The notes beneath the pieces were generated by a model that ran no database searches, had not been told where the DNA came from, and worked only from the letters and a program-made list of their open reading frames with translations. Of a stretch of DNA of 64,000 nucleotides, positions 18,889-29,782 are shown in pieces. The first letter of the stretch is position 1. Every line of letters starts with the position of its first letter. Source of the stretch: an uncultured candidatus Porisulfidus sp. (GTDB lineage Bacteria; Pseudomonadota; Gammaproteobacteria; Poriferisulfidales; Poriferisulfidaceae); contig CBDASZ010000001.1 in the NCBI GenBank assembly GCA_965199755.1, positions 128,001 to 192,000 on the forward strand, given 5' to 3'. Made by a program: the position numbers and the translations under genes.

Positions 18889-21189
18889 GTGAATTTTTCA
18901 GCATACTTCCCCTCTCTGACTTGCACCTCCCCGACACTCGCTCGGTGTAGCGGCATTACGAGCCTGCTTTTGTGTTTGAATGCTACGCCTGTTCTTGCCG
19001 AAGAAGGCCCCGCATCAATCACTCCGATTGACCCCGCGCAGTGCGGATCCGCGTCGCGCGTACCCTCCGCGACGCCCGGAAAACTTGATGAAATCGAACT
19101 GGAAGCCGACTCGATAGAGCAGCAGGAATCGCACATTAAACTGCACGGCGCGGTACGCATCCGCCACGGCGCGTGGTATGCCAACGCCGATGCCGCCGAT
19201 ATCGATCAAGAACAGGAACGCGCTGAACTCTCCGGTAACGTGCGCCTGCAAGGCGCTGGCATTCAGGCCGATACTGATAGCGCCACACTGGAATACGTAC
19301 GCAACTACATCGCGCTTGCGCACACACGCTACGAGACCTCCGGCGGCGGGCGCGGCACCAGCGCGCGGCTGACCTACACCGGCGACGGCAAGGTGGAGGC
19401 CGAGTCAGCCACCTACACAACCTGCACGCTGGACAATCCGTCCTGGTATCTGTCCGCCAGCACCGTGCACGTCGACACCGAACGCGGTCAGGGCAAAGCC
19501 AAAAATGCCGTCCTGCGCTTGGGCGGCGTACCGATCATGTATCTGCCCTGGATCGGATTCCCGGTCGGCGAGGAACGCCAAAGCGGCTGGCTGGTGCCCT
19601 CGATCGGCTCCTCCGACGATCTCGGCTATTCGCTGGAGACCCCGTACTATTTCAATCTCGCGCCGCATTACGACGCCATTTTGTCCGCGCGCTACATGGG
19701 ACGGCGCGGTATGCAGGTACTGCCACGCATGCGCTATCGCAACCACTTCGGAGACGGCTCGATGCGGGCCGAGTTCATCGCAGACCAGAAACTGCATGAC
19801 GACCGCTACTTGATGCAATGGCGTCACCATGTCGAGCGCGGCAATCTGGAAGCCTATGTACGCTACACCAACGTCTCTGATCGCGAGTACCTGGAGGACT
19901 TCGAGTCCGGCATCGGTGGCATTTCACGCACACGCCTGCGGCAGGAAGCGCACGCGATCTGGCGCTCGGATCATTGGCGCGTCTCGGCCGGGCTGACCGG
20001 CATGGATCCGCTGAAAGACCATGTGGAGACCTGGGACCGGCTGCCGCGAATCCGCGCCAATGCCAACTTTGATCTGCCGTCACTCGGCCTGCAAATCAGA
20101 CCTTCTTTCGCCATGGATGCGTTTCACGGCGACCTACAGGATCTATCGGTCTCGCCAGAGGCGCCGGAGCAGCTCTTGACGAACATTGGTGAGATTCTGG
20201 TGCCCGCGGAAGGCGAACGCTATGACGCCGCTCTCGACATCGCGCGGCCGTTTGCCGGGATTGGCTGGAAGGTCACGCCCCGACTGCAATGGCGGCACAC
20301 GACATATGATCTGGACTATGCCGAGGGTCTGGAAGGCGACGACTCGCCGTCACGGACGCTGCCAACCTTCAGTCTGGACGCCCAGATGCGCTTTGAGCGA
20401 CGCACCGCTGACGGCGATCTGCAAACGCTGGAGCCGCGAGTGTTTTATCTGAATCGTCCGCATCGCGACCAGCATCACTTGCCGCGCTTTGACACCCGCC
20501 GCCTGCAACCGGACTACGATGCCCTGTTTCGCGGTTACGAACACTCCGGGCTGGATCGTTTTGAGGCGGCTGATCAGCTGGCCGTCGGGGTCAGCACGCG
20601 GGTAATGGACCGGGTTGCCCATTACATGAAGTTTCAGGCGCAGTTGGCGCGCATATGGTATTTCCGCAAGCCGGGCGGCACTACAACCGAAGGCAGCGAC
20701 ACGCACTCGGCATGGGCGGCGCAGGTGCGCTGGCGGCCGCAGCCGCAGTGGGAGTTCTCCTCCTCATTGCGTCACGATCCTGGCCGCCCCGGCTCCGACG
20801 TCGTGTGGGCCTCGCATCAACTGGAATGGCGCGGTTCGGAAGATCAGCGCTTTCAGGTGCGCTACACCCGCCGTGCCGGCGACTATGAACAAATGGGCAC
20901 GCATGTGCTGTTGCCGCTGGGCGATCACTGGCGGATTGCGGCACGCTACCACTACGATCTGCGCAACAGCCGCGGATTAGAACAGATGATTGCGCTGGAG
21001 CATGAAAGTTGCTGCATCACGATCGGCATCGGCGCATGGCGGATCCGTCGCGATGCCGGCAGCCTTGAGGAAGATTACGACAACCGCATTCTCTTGCAAA
21101 TCCGCTTCCACGGTCTGGCTGGCTTTGGCGAAGATCTGGCGGGCCGACTGCGCCGCGAGTTGGATGGTGAACCTGTATGGAAGTACTGA
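18889..21189 (+). CDS. lptD: LPS-assembly outer-membrane protein
   Basis: YTTC, RQSGWL, PYYFNLAPHYD, QTLEPR, SCC; first gene of the lptD-surA-pdxA operon; start uncertain. Confidence 0.92.
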   Translation: MNFSAYFPSLTCTSPTLARCSGITSLLLCLNATPVLAEEGPASITPIDPAQCGSASRVPSATPGKLDEIELEADSIEQQESHIKLHGAVRIRHGAWYANADAADIDQEQERAELSGNVRLQGAGIQADTDSATLEYVRNYIALAHTRYETSGGGRGTSARLTYTGDGKVEAESATYTTCTLDNPSWYLSASTVHVDTERGQGKAKNAVLRLGGVPIMYLPWIGFPVGEERQSGWLVPSIGSSDDLGYSLETPYYFNLAPHYDAILSARYMGRRGMQVLPRMRYRNHFGDGSMRAEFIADQKLHDDRYLMQWRHHVERGNLEAYVRYTNVSDREYLEDFESGIGGISRTRLRQEAHAIWRSDHWRVSAGLTGMDPLKDHVETWDRLPRIRANANFDLPSLGLQIRPSFAMDAFHGDLQDLSVSPEAPEQLLTNIGEILVPAEGERYDAALDIARPFAGIGWKVTPRLQWRHTTYDLDYAEGLEGDDSPSRTLPTFSLDAQMRFERRTADGDLQTLEPRVFYLNRPHRDQHHLPRFDTRRLQPDYDALFRGYEHSGLDRFEAADQLAVGVSTRVMDRVAHYMKFQAQLARIWYFRKPGGTTTEGSDTHSAWAAQVRWRPQPQWEFSSSLRHDPGRPGSDVVWASHQLEWRGSEDQRFQVRYTRRAGDYEQMGTHVLLPLGDHWRIAARYHYDLRNSRGLEQMIALEHESCCITIGIGAWRIRRDAGSLEEDYDNRILLQIRFHGLAGFGEDLAGRLRRELDGEPVWKY

Positions 21190-22469
21190 TTCGCCGAATC
21201 CTCTGCAGCCTCCTCCTTGTGCTCGGCACCGCTCAGGCCGAGATGCTGGATCATGTCGTGGTGGTGGTCGAGGACGATGTCATCACGGCCACCGAACTGG
21301 ACCAGCGCCTGCGCATCATCGCGCAGCAGGTCCAGCAAAGCGACACACCATTGCCGCCGATTGAGCAGTTGCGCAATCAGGTGCTCGATCACATGGTGCT
21401 GAACCTGCTGCAGATCCAACGCGCCGAACAGATTGGCGTGTCGGTATCAACTCAGGAACTCATGGAGGAAGTCAACGCGCTAGCACAGCGCAACCAGATG
21501 ACTCTGGAGGAATTTGAGCGTCAAGTGGAGCGCAGCGGCGTCATGTTCCCGTACTTCGTCCAGTATCTGCGCGACCAGATGCTGACGCAGCGCGTCCAGC
21601 AGGCCGAATCGCGCCGGCTGGTGCGCATCACCGATGATGAAATCGATAATTTCCTGCGTTTGCACTCAGACCGACTAATCGGAGAGACCCGCTACCATCT
21701 CGGCCATATCCTGATTGCCATTCCGGTGGAAGCGACCTCGCAGGATGTGCGCAACGCCGAGAAACGCGCCAACCGACTGCGTGATCGAATCGTCGACGGC
21801 GAGAACTTCGCCAGTCTGGCGCTGACTGAATCCGACGGGCGCAACGCGCTGAAAGGCGGTGACATGGGCTGGCGCGACAACGCCACCTTGCCGGCGATCG
21901 CCGCGCAGGGAGTGCCGGAACTGCAGGCGGGCGAAGTGACAAAAGTGCTGAAAAGCCCAAGCGGCTTTCATCTGTTCTACCTGATCGCGAAGGAAACCGC
22001 GGACCAGATCATGGTCAAGCAGACCCATTCGCGCCACATTCTGCTGATCCCCAATGCGATAATGGATGAGGATGAGGTGCAGGCGCGGCTCAAAGACCTG
22101 AAGAAGCGCGTCACGATCGGCGGCGAGGACTTCGGCGAACTGGCGCGCTCGCATTCTGACGATACCACCTCCGCCGTGGTCGGCGGCGATTTGGACTGGC
22201 GCTCGCCCGGCGAACTGGATCCGCGCTTTGAGGAACAAATGAACCGTTTGCAGCCGAACGAGATCAGCGAGCCGTTTCAAAGCAGTTTTGGCTGGCACCT
22301 TGTGCAGGTGCTGGACCGGCGCGAGGTGGATGAGACGCAACAGACCATGCGCCAGCGCGCGCTCAATTATCTGGCGCAGTCACGGGTTAGTCAGGAAGTA
22401 GAAATCTGGCTGCAGCGCCTGCTGAAAAACGCCTACGTCCAGTACCTCACCGCTTCGGACGATGCCTGA
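21177..22469 (+). CDS. surA: periplasmic chaperone SurA
   Basis: Two parvulin domains (HIL...GGDMGW; HIL...GGDLDW...SSFGWH); synteny. Confidence 0.94.
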   Translation: MEVLIRRILCSLLLVLGTAQAEMLDHVVVVVEDDVITATELDQRLRIIAQQVQQSDTPLPPIEQLRNQVLDHMVLNLLQIQRAEQIGVSVSTQELMEEVNALAQRNQMTLEEFERQVERSGVMFPYFVQYLRDQMLTQRVQQAESRRLVRITDDEIDNFLRLHSDRLIGETRYHLGHILIAIPVEATSQDVRNAEKRANRLRDRIVDGENFASLALTESDGRNALKGGDMGWRDNATLPAIAAQGVPELQAGEVTKVLKSPSGFHLFYLIAKETADQIMVKQTHSRHILLIPNAIMDEDEVQARLKDLKKRVTIGGEDFGELARSHSDDTTSAVVGGDLDWRSPGELDPRFEEQMNRLQPNEISEPFQSSFGWHLVQVLDRREVDETQQTMRQRALNYLAQSRVSQEVEIWLQRLLKNAYVQYLTASDDA

Positions 22470-23451
22470 TATGCGCCTTGCCATCACTCCGGGTGAGCCC
22501 GGCGGCATCGGCCCGGACCTGATCGCGCAACTCACCGAACATCACGTCCCCGCGCGCTGTGTGATCTTCGCGGACCCGCAACTGCTGCAACACAGGGCCG
22601 AACAACTCGGCAAAGCTCTGAACTGGGTGGTGTATGACCCGCAACAGCCGGCACCAACCAACAACGCACTGGAAGTCTGGCCGATTACCATGCCACATCC
22701 TGAGGTCGTCGGGCGCACCGATCCCTTGCTCGCCCCTTATGTGCTTGAGTGCATCAATACTGCGGCGCAGGCGTGTCTGGACGGTGAACTGGACGCGCTC
22801 ATCACCGGGCCTGTGCAGAAAAGCGTCATGCTGGATGCTGGCCTGGACTTTCACGGCCACACTGAACACCTGGCGCGACTCGCCGATAGCGACTCGCTTA
22901 TGCTGCTGGCCGCGCAAGACTTGCGCGTGGCACTGGCCACCACGCACATCCCTCTGTCCGAGGTCTCCAAACAACTGCGCCCGGAACGCCTGGAGCGCAC
23001 GCTGGAACTTTTGATTTCGGGCCTGCAGCATCATTTCGGCATTAGCTGTCCACACATTCGAGTATTGGGCCTAAACCCGCACGCCGGTGAAGGCGGGCAT
23101 CTTGGATCCGAAGAGCGCACCGTGATCGCGCCGGCTCTGGCGCGGTTTCACGCCCGAAACTGCCACATCGAAGGTCCGGTGTCGGCGGATACCGCATTCG
23201 TGGAGCGCGCATCAGTGGATGCGTTTCTGGCAATGTATCACGATCAGGGGTTGCCGGTGTTGAAGACGCTCGGATTCTCGCGCGCGGTCAATATCACGCT
23301 GGGACTGCCGTATGTGCGCACCTCGGTCGATCATGGCACGGCGCTGGAGCGCGCCGGCAGTCTGGCCGCCAATCCCAGCAGTCTGTTCGCCGCGATCGAT
23401 AGTGCCATTGAACAGGTCGCCGCCGTGCGCCAGCACCTGCAAGCCGCATGA
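22462..23451 (+). CDS. pdxA: 4-hydroxythreonine-4-phosphate dehydrogenase
   Basis: GEPGGIGP, GHTE, GLNPHAGE, AMYHDQG, RTSVDHGTA. Confidence 0.96.
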   Translation: MPDMRLAITPGEPGGIGPDLIAQLTEHHVPARCVIFADPQLLQHRAEQLGKALNWVVYDPQQPAPTNNALEVWPITMPHPEVVGRTDPLLAPYVLECINTAAQACLDGELDALITGPVQKSVMLDAGLDFHGHTEHLARLADSDSLMLLAAQDLRVALATTHIPLSEVSKQLRPERLERTLELLISGLQHHFGISCPHIRVLGLNPHAGEGGHLGSEERTVIAPALARFHARNCHIEGPVSADTAFVERASVDAFLAMYHDQGLPVLKTLGFSRAVNITLGLPYVRTSVDHGTALERAGSLAANPSSLFAAIDSAIEQVAAVRQHLQAA

Positions 23452-23849
23452 ACGCACTGCCGGGCGAATTTCTAACCGGCTGGGGTGAGCAGGAGATCCC
23501 GGCGGCTCTTTCAACGGTCGCCGCCGACGGCACACCGAATGTGATCTGGGTGGCCTGCCTGCACTTGGTGGAGGAAGACGCCTGTGTGCTGATCGCCGAC
23601 AACTGGCTGGACAAGACACGCCGCAATATCGACGCCACCGGCAGTGGCTCGCTGGTGATGCTGGCACCGCCACGACGCGCATGGCAATTGAAGGGCGCAC
23701 TCAGTTATCACGCCGAAGGCGCGCTGTTCGATGACATGAAGAACGGCTGGCTGGATTCCTCATTCCCTGGACATGGCGTGGTACGTCTGGAGTGTCACGA
23801 ACTCTGGCAGGGTGCCGAACGAATCTGGCAGCGCGACTCCTCCGAATGA
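23448..23849 (+). CDS. pyridoxamine 5'-phosphate oxidase-like FMN-binding protein
   Basis: LSTVAADGTPNV, IADNWLDKTRRNI, WQLKG; ATGA overlaps at both ends. Confidence 0.75.
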   Translation: MNALPGEFLTGWGEQEIPAALSTVAADGTPNVIWVACLHLVEEDACVLIADNWLDKTRRNIDATGSGSLVMLAPPRRAWQLKGALSYHAEGALFDDMKNGWLDSSFPGHGVVRLECHELWQGAERIWQRDSSE

Positions 23850-24625
23850 CGCGGCCCCGACCTCGTCTGGGCCAACACTTCCTGATCGACGCCCACTGCG
23901 TCGAGGACATCATCGCAGCTGTACCAACGGGAGGCTGGGTCGTTGAAATTGGCCCGGGGCGTGGAGCTCTGACCGCGCAACTGGCCGAACGCGCCGATCA
24001 ACTGCTTGCAATCGAGAAAGACACCGAACTGGCGCAAGCCCTGAGCCAGCAGTTCGATACCAACCCCAAAATCACCATCCGTTGCGCGGACGCCTTGCAG
24101 TGGGATCCTTCAGATTGCCCACGCGGAGTGTGTCTGGTCGGCAACCTTCCGTATAACATTTCCACCGCGTTGCTACAGCGCTGGCTGCGCACACGCACGC
24201 ATTTCTCCGAACTCATCATCATGGTGCAGCGCGAAGTGGCAAACCGGTTATGCGCGCAACCCGATGATGCGGTGCGCGGACAACTTTCCGTCATCACGCA
24301 GTTGTGCATGAGCGTGCAGGTGCTGCGAGAGGTGCCCCCGGAATGCTTCGAGCCACCGCCGAAGGTGATGTCCACGGTGTTGCGCCTGACGCCGAGGGAG
24401 TCGCTACCAATTTCTGAGTCAGTGGTATTTGGAGAGTTCAGCCGTCTTGTGCAGTGCGCGTTTGCAGCGCGGCGCAAGACTCTGCGCAACAACCTGGCCG
24501 AAGTGCCGAAAACACTCTGGGACGCGCTTGAAATTGATGCCGGGCGACGCGCGCAGACCCTCACGCAAGAGGAATGGGTGCGCCTGTTTGTGGGCGTGGA
24601 GACGGCAGCCGCACGTGCAGGATGA
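23846..24625 (+). CDS. rsmA: 16S rRNA dimethyladenosine transferase
   Basis: LGQHFL, EIGPGRG, GNLPYNIST, FEPPPKV, RRKTLRN. Confidence 0.95.
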   Translation: MTRPRPRLGQHFLIDAHCVEDIIAAVPTGGWVVEIGPGRGALTAQLAERADQLLAIEKDTELAQALSQQFDTNPKITIRCADALQWDPSDCPRGVCLVGNLPYNISTALLQRWLRTRTHFSELIIMVQREVANRLCAQPDDAVRGQLSVITQLCMSVQVLREVPPECFEPPPKVMSTVLRLTPRESLPISESVVFGEFSRLVQCAFAARRKTLRNNLAEVPKTLWDALEIDAGRRAQTLTQEEWVRLFVGVETAAARAG

Positions 24626-24672
24626 CGCAGGTTAGCCAGTATAATTACACTGCCAATCAGGAACGGGTTCTC

Positions 24673-25053
24673 ATGGCCACCGAGCCGCATCATATTGACA
24701 TTCAGGTCGAGACTCGTTATCTCGCAGAACAGTCCGATCCTGAAGATGATCGGTATGTTTTCGCCTACACCATCACGATCACGAATAACGGGACTGAGGC
24801 GGCGCGCCTGATCAGTCGGCATTGGATTATTCTGGACGGCGAAGAGAACCGTCAGGAAGTCCATGGCGAAGGCGTTGTCGGGCAGCAGCCCTACCTGGCA
24901 CCCGGAGAAGTCTTTCGCTACACCTCAGGAACCGTGCTGCAAACGCCAGTCGGCTCCATGCACGGAACCTATCGCATGTTGTGCGATGACGGCGAAAGTT
25001 TTGACGCGGACATCCCCGCCTTCATTTTGGCGACCCCTCATTCCTTGCACTAG
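24673..25053 (+). CDS. apaG: ApaG protein
   Basis: YVFAYTITI, RHWII, GEGVVGQQP, YTSG. Confidence 0.95.
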   Translation: MATEPHHIDIQVETRYLAEQSDPEDDRYVFAYTITITNNGTEAARLISRHWIILDGEENRQEVHGEGVVGQQPYLAPGEVFRYTSGTVLQTPVGSMHGTYRMLCDDGESFDADIPAFILATPHSLH

Positions 25054-25061
25054 CGACGGCG

Positions 25062-25898
25062 ATGGCAATTTTCGCAGTGGGCGACATCCAAGGATGTCTT
25101 GCGGAATTGCGTGCAGCTTTGCAGGAAGCGGGCTTCAAGAAAGGCACGGACACACTGTGGTGCGTCGGTGATCTGATCAATCGCGGCCCGGACTCGCTGG
25201 ATACCTTGCGGTTTATTCAGGATCTGGGCGATCGCGCCATCTGTGTGCTCGGCAATCACGATATCACCTTGCTCGCCTTGGCCGCCGGAGTCCCGGTGCG
25301 CACCCATCATCAGTTGCGGGAAGTATTGAATTCTCCTGATCTGGACAGCATGGTTGAATGGCTGCGACACCGCCCGGTGCTGCACCACGAACCCGAACTG
25401 AACACCGTGATGGTGCACGCCGGGGTGTTCCCACAGTGGGATCTCGCGCAAGCGCATCTGCATGCTGCGGAGCTGCAGGAGTTTCTGCGTCATCACCAGT
25501 GGGGTCAGCAAATTCAGTATCTGTATGGCGCACGCCCAAGGCGCTGGGAGCCCACGCGCAAAGGGCACAAACGGATTCGGTTTATCTCCAACAGTTTCAC
25601 CCGAATGCGCTATCTGGATCGCAAGGGACGACTGAATATGGAGTGCAAACAACCACCGAAGAAGCGTCCCAAAGGTCTGACGCCCTGGTTTCAGGTTCCC
25701 GGTCGCAGGACACGTGATGTCCGTATTGTGTTCGGGCACTGGGCGACGCTGGGTCTATATAACGAGGATAACGTATGGGGGATTGATACAGGGTGTGTGT
25801 GGGGCGGCAAAATGAGTGTGCTGCGCCTGAAACCGAAGAAACCGAAACTGTTTCAAGTGCCTTGTCCGGGCGCGGCAGTGCCGCCTGAAGCATTTTAG
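25062..25898 (+). CDS. apaH: symmetrical Ap4A hydrolase
   Basis: GDIQGC, GDLINRG, LGNHD, FGHW, DTGCVWG. Confidence 0.96.
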   Translation: MAIFAVGDIQGCLAELRAALQEAGFKKGTDTLWCVGDLINRGPDSLDTLRFIQDLGDRAICVLGNHDITLLALAAGVPVRTHHQLREVLNSPDLDSMVEWLRHRPVLHHEPELNTVMVHAGVFPQWDLAQAHLHAAELQEFLRHHQWGQQIQYLYGARPRRWEPTRKGHKRIRFISNSFTRMRYLDRKGRLNMECKQPPKKRPKGLTPWFQVPGRRTRDVRIVFGHWATLGLYNEDNVWGIDTGCVWGGKMSVLRLKPKKPKLFQVPCPGAAVPPEAF

Positions 25899-26020
25899 GA
25901 ATTATCGGACAGGTTAATACAACTTTGATAGATGAATCTCCGGTTGCGAGTACGGCCGGTTATTTCGCACAAGACCCCCGCATTAACCAGACGTGAGGCC
26001 CATCTGCTGGCCGGAGCCAT
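25895..26020 (-). pseudogene. C-terminal remnant of a Fic-family protein
   Basis: LVNAGVLCEITGRTRNRRFIYQ resembles the L.E.TG..RNR.F.Y tail of Fic proteins (from memory); no Fic catalytic motif remains. Confidence 0.5.
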
Positions 26021-26212
26021 GTTGGAGGTGCTATACTCAATTCTGAGGATTAATTTTGGGACTTATATACTTGTGCATGCATCGCAAATCCATGATGTAA
26101 TGCATGTTATCGTAAGTAACAAGCTGCATTTCTAATATAATTAGAGACAGCATGAATATACATGCTTAAAAACAACCCCGTCAAGTCAAGTATATAAGCC
26201 CCATCAAGATAA

Positions 26213-27112
26213 TCAGATTGCAGGGTTTGCGAATAAGTCACCAGTATTTTGACTTCGGGGTTTTGTATCAGTGCCATGCTCCCATCCGTGAAATGAAGGC
26301 TTGGAAAACGCGAGGCGGCGACTCATAACCTTCATCGCCTCAGGATTGTTGTCCACTAGAACAGCATCACGCCCCGCCCGGACTGCGGCCTCCCCAGTGG
26401 TCCCACTTCCCGCAAAAAAGTCTAATATTTTGTCGCCATAGTTTGAGTGAACGTTAATTATGCGATTGATAATGGCGATGGGCTTCTGCGTCGGGTACCC
26501 TGTCTTCTCTTTGCCATTCGGGCTGACAATGGTCTGCCACCACACATCCGTCGGTGTCTTGCCTCGGGCCGCTTTCTCGGGACCTACAAGAGCGGGTGCC
26601 ATATACGGAATACGGTCTATCTTGTCGTAACAGTAGGTGTAGTTGTTCGGATCTTTGGTATACCAGAAGATGTTGTCATGTTTGGTTGACCATCTTTTCT
26701 TTGATCTGGCGCCATAATCGTATGCCCAGATAATTTCGTTCATAAACGACTCGCGACCAAAGATTTCATCTAGTAGAACCTTGCAGTAATGAGACTCACG
26801 GGAGTCAATGTGGAAAAAAAACGATCCGTGCTCGGACAAAAGTCGGTATGCTTCCCTGAGGCGCGGCTCTATGAACCCCACGAAGTCATCAAAGCTGTCG
26901 TTATAAGAAGATTCATCAAGAATTTTTGTCTTGTATCGCTTTCCCTGAAAGCCGGTGCGATCGCCCTGTTCGTCCCTTACCGTTTTCAGTCGTTTGCGGG
27001 ATTGCTTTTTCCCAGTGTTGAATGGGGGATCGATGTAAATTAAGTCGAATGAGCCAGTTTCCAATTTTGACAGGACATCCAGACAATCACCGAAGTGGAT
27101 TTCCAATGTCAT
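26213..27112 (-). CDS. orphan beta-class N4-C/N6-A DNA methyltransferase
   Basis: IDPPF (motif IV) precedes YPTQKP and DFFAGSGTT (motif I); AT-richer than its neighbours. Confidence 0.9.
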   Translation of the reverse strand: MTLEIHFGDCLDVLSKLETGSFDLIYIDPPFNTGKKQSRKRLKTVRDEQGDRTGFQGKRYKTKILDESSYNDSFDDFVGFIEPRLREAYRLLSEHGSFFFHIDSRESHYCKVLLDEIFGRESFMNEIIWAYDYGARSKKRWSTKHDNIFWYTKDPNNYTYCYDKIDRIPYMAPALVGPEKAARGKTPTDVWWQTIVSPNGKEKTGYPTQKPIAIINRIINVHSNYGDKILDFFAGSGTTGEAAVRAGRDAVLVDNNPEAMKVMSRRLAFSKPSFHGWEHGTDTKPRSQNTGDLFANPAI

Positions 27113-27244
27113 CGTGAAAACATGCCCTCTGGATTGTGCGCCATATCTTCCGCTCTTGGATGAGACGCATAATCTTGGTTTTGGCAACCCTCATTATTCC
27201 ACACAGAACTCCGAAGCCCCGATTTCTGACTCAGCCTCCTGCAA

Positions 27245-27727
27245 TTATTCGTGGCGAACGAATTCTTGCATTACAAACGAATACGCATGCCGCGCATCCA
27301 CTTCCTGTCGCCGCTCGCGCAACAGTTCGAACTCCGATAAATCCGGCGACACAAACATCGTGTCACCCGACGGGGAAGCCTCAACGCGAGTCAGATACAG
27401 GCGATCGCAGTGGGGCAGAAAGTGTGTGAACAGCGACACGCCTCCGATCACCACCAGTTCCGCGGCCCCAGCGCAAAGAGCCACACCTTCTTCCGGGGTC
27501 TGCACACACTCGCAGTCCCCGCTTTGGGGTGTTCCCGTCACCACTATGCAACGACGGCGGGGTAGTGGAACGGGAAGTGACTCCCAGGTGCGTCGTCCCA
27601 TCAAGACAGGCTTATCAAGGGTCAGCCTGCGAAAGTTTTTCAGATCCTCTGGCAGGTGCCAAGGCAGGCGCCCATCCTTGCCGATGACGCCATTCTCCGC
27701 AATGGCCAGAATGACGGAAATGATCAT
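27245..27727 (-). CDS. folA: dihydrofolate reductase
   Basis: NGVIG...[21 protein letters not shown]. Confidence 0.95.
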   Translation of the reverse strand: MIISVILAIAENGVIGKDGRLPWHLPEDLKNFRRLTLDKPVLMGRRTWESLPVPLPRRRCIVVTGTPQSGDCECVQTPEEGVALCAGAAELVVIGGVSLFTHFLPHCDRLYLTRVEASPSGDTMFVSPDLSEFELLRERRQEVDARHAYSFVMQEFVRHE

Positions 27728-28518
27728 ACCGCTACCGGAGCCGCGATATGCGAGTGGCTTTGATAATCCCGCAACTCTATGTCATCGAAAGTGAACGCAA
27801 ACAAATCGGTGACTTCAGGATTGAGATGCAGTGTGGGTGGTGCGTAAGGCTCACGCTGTAGTTGTTCCCGCGCTTGATCCAAGTGGTTTTGATACAAGTG
27901 TAGGTCACCAAACGTATGCACGAACTCACCGGATTTTAGTCCGCACACCTGCGCCACCATCAACGTCAGCAAGGCGTACGAGGCGATATTGAACGGCACG
28001 CCGAGAAACAGATCGGCGCTGCGCTGATACAGCTGACACGACAGCCGATCTCCCGCGACATGAAACTGGAATAACAGGTGACAGGGTGCGAGCGCCATGC
28101 GATCAAGGTCAGCAACGTTCCAGGCGCTGACAATATGTCGGCGTGAGTGCGGCTGTTCACGCAACGACTGCAGAACTGCTCGAATCTGATCATGTGTGCG
28201 ACTATCAGCGCCCGTCCAATTGCGCCACTGCGCCCCATAAACCGGACCCAGGTCACCATGCTCATCCGCCCATTCGTCCCAAATACTCACACCCTGCTCT
28301 CGAAGAGACTGCACGTTGGTCTCGCCACGCAAGAACCACAGCAATTCGTGGACAATGGATTTCAGGTGAAGCTTCTTGGTGGTGAGCAGCGGAAACCCGT
28401 CGCTCAGGTCATAACGGTTCTGGTAGCCGAAGACGGCGAGCGTTCCGGTTCCCGTGCGATCTTCTTGAGGGCGGCCGTGCTCCAGCACGTGTCGCAACAT
28501 GTCGAGATAGGTCTTCAT
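27724..28518 (-). CDS. thyA: thymidylate synthase
   Basis: [34 protein letters not shown]. Confidence 0.97.
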   Translation of the reverse strand: MKTYLDMLRHVLEHGRPQEDRTGTGTLAVFGYQNRYDLSDGFPLLTTKKLHLKSIVHELLWFLRGETNVQSLREQGVSIWDEWADEHGDLGPVYGAQWRNWTGADSRTHDQIRAVLQSLREQPHSRRHIVSAWNVADLDRMALAPCHLLFQFHVAGDRLSCQLYQRSADLFLGVPFNIASYALLTLMVAQVCGLKSGEFVHTFGDLHLYQNHLDQAREQLQREPYAPPTLHLNPEVTDLFAFTFDDIELRDYQSHSHIAAPVAV

Positions 28519-29291
28519 GCGGGAGATCTCTGCGCGCGAAATAGTAACACCAACCCCACGATCAGAAGCGGCACACACAGCAACTGTCCCATCGTCAGCC
28601 AGCCAAAGGCCAGATAGCCGATGTGCGCATCCGGTACGCGCACCAACTCAACGGCCATACGCGCGAGTGCATATCCGGCAGCAAACAGGCCGGCCAGCAG
28701 CCCCACTGGACGCGGTGCGCGCGCCACCCACCACAGCACAACGAAAAGCACCAAGCCCTCCAGAGCAGCTTCATATAACTGCGAAGGATGGCGGGGCTCT
28801 GATCCCGCGGCCGGAAAAATCACGCCCCACGGAAGGGAGGTCGTACCACCCCAAAGTTCACCATTGATAAAGTTGCCGAACCGTCCGAAGAAAAGCCCAA
28901 TGGGAACCATTGGGACGCAGAAATCCAATGTGTTGAGAAGACCGATCTGATTCTTGCGGGCCCACAACCAGAAGGCGAGCACCACACCAATGAGGCCGCC
29001 GTGGAAACTCATACCGCCTTCCCAAACGCGCAGCACCATCAACGGATCCGCAAGTAAACGATCAAAGTGATAAAACAGTGCTGAACCAAGACGGCCGCCG
29101 ATGATGGTGCCGAGCGCACCATAAACCAGGAGATCGCTGACTTGATCGGGCACCAGCGCTGTATGCTCCCGCCGCGCATGAACCACACCCAGCGCCCAGA
29201 ATCCGGCGAAGCCCAACAGATACATCAGGCCATACCAGTGGATACGTACGGGGCCTAGCGCGAGGGCGATCGGATCCCAGTCAAGCAGCAT
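28515..29291 (-). CDS. lgt: prolipoprotein diacylglyceryl transferase
   Basis: [34 protein letters not shown]. Confidence 0.96.
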   Translation of the reverse strand: MLLDWDPIALALGPVRIHWYGLMYLLGFAGFWALGVVHARREHTALVPDQVSDLLVYGALGTIIGGRLGSALFYHFDRLLADPLMVLRVWEGGMSFHGGLIGVVLAFWLWARKNQIGLLNTLDFCVPMVPIGLFFGRFGNFINGELWGGTTSLPWGVIFPAAGSEPRHPSQLYEAALEGLVLFVVLWWVARAPRPVGLLAGLFAAGYALARMAVELVRVPDAHIGYLAFGWLTMGQLLCVPLLIVGLVLLFRAQRSPA

Positions 29292-29368
29292 AGGGGGAGT
29301 TTAACAAAAACTCCCTCTGGGATTATTTTTTAGGGGACTTAATAGGGGAGAGTTGACAAGGTGGTATT

Positions 29369-29694
29369 TCAGACTTTCTTGATGGTTGGCTTTCCGTATC
29401 GGTCAACCTGCATAACAAACTTGCGCTCTAGGTCAGCCTTCGTAGGCTTCGGTATAGCACAGCGTTCCATTCTGTATAGTTTGATCAGGGTTTCCCCGCC
29501 AACTCCTCCCAGTTTGGCATTTCCATAAATCATGACTCCAACCGGACGGTTAAAAGACAACATAAACACTTTATCCACATTGCTATACGTTTTTCTTGAC
29601 TCTCCCTCTACTGCAGACCACAAGGAAGTGTAACTGTGCTATCTGCCGATAAGGCTATAGCATCTCTATTCATAATGACAACTTCAACTGTCAT
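29369..29694 (-). pseudogene. frameshifted Ntn-hydrolase/proteasome-beta-like gene
   Basis: AAGGAG RBS; MTVEVVIMNRDAIALSADSTVT, then a frameshift to KTYSNVDKVFMLSFNRPVGVMIYGNA...ETLIKLYR. Confidence 0.6.
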
Positions 29695-29782
29695 GTCAAT
29701 TCTCCTTTTTGCTACACCAGAATCTCATAACCATTCGCGGCTCACAATATCTGGCTAATTAGTCTTTAATTTCGGGAATGCG

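Noticed and set aside
23792-24672. Extended N-termini in the ORF track (rsmA 23792, apaG 24574; likewise nuoC/E/I/J, dnaA, thyA, GH13)
   Set aside because: Downstream starts fit family N-termini and stop/start overlaps better.
29295-29315. GGGAGTTT/AAACTCCC hairpin before lgt
   Set aside because: Short stem with no evidence to assign it as a terminator or regulatory switch.
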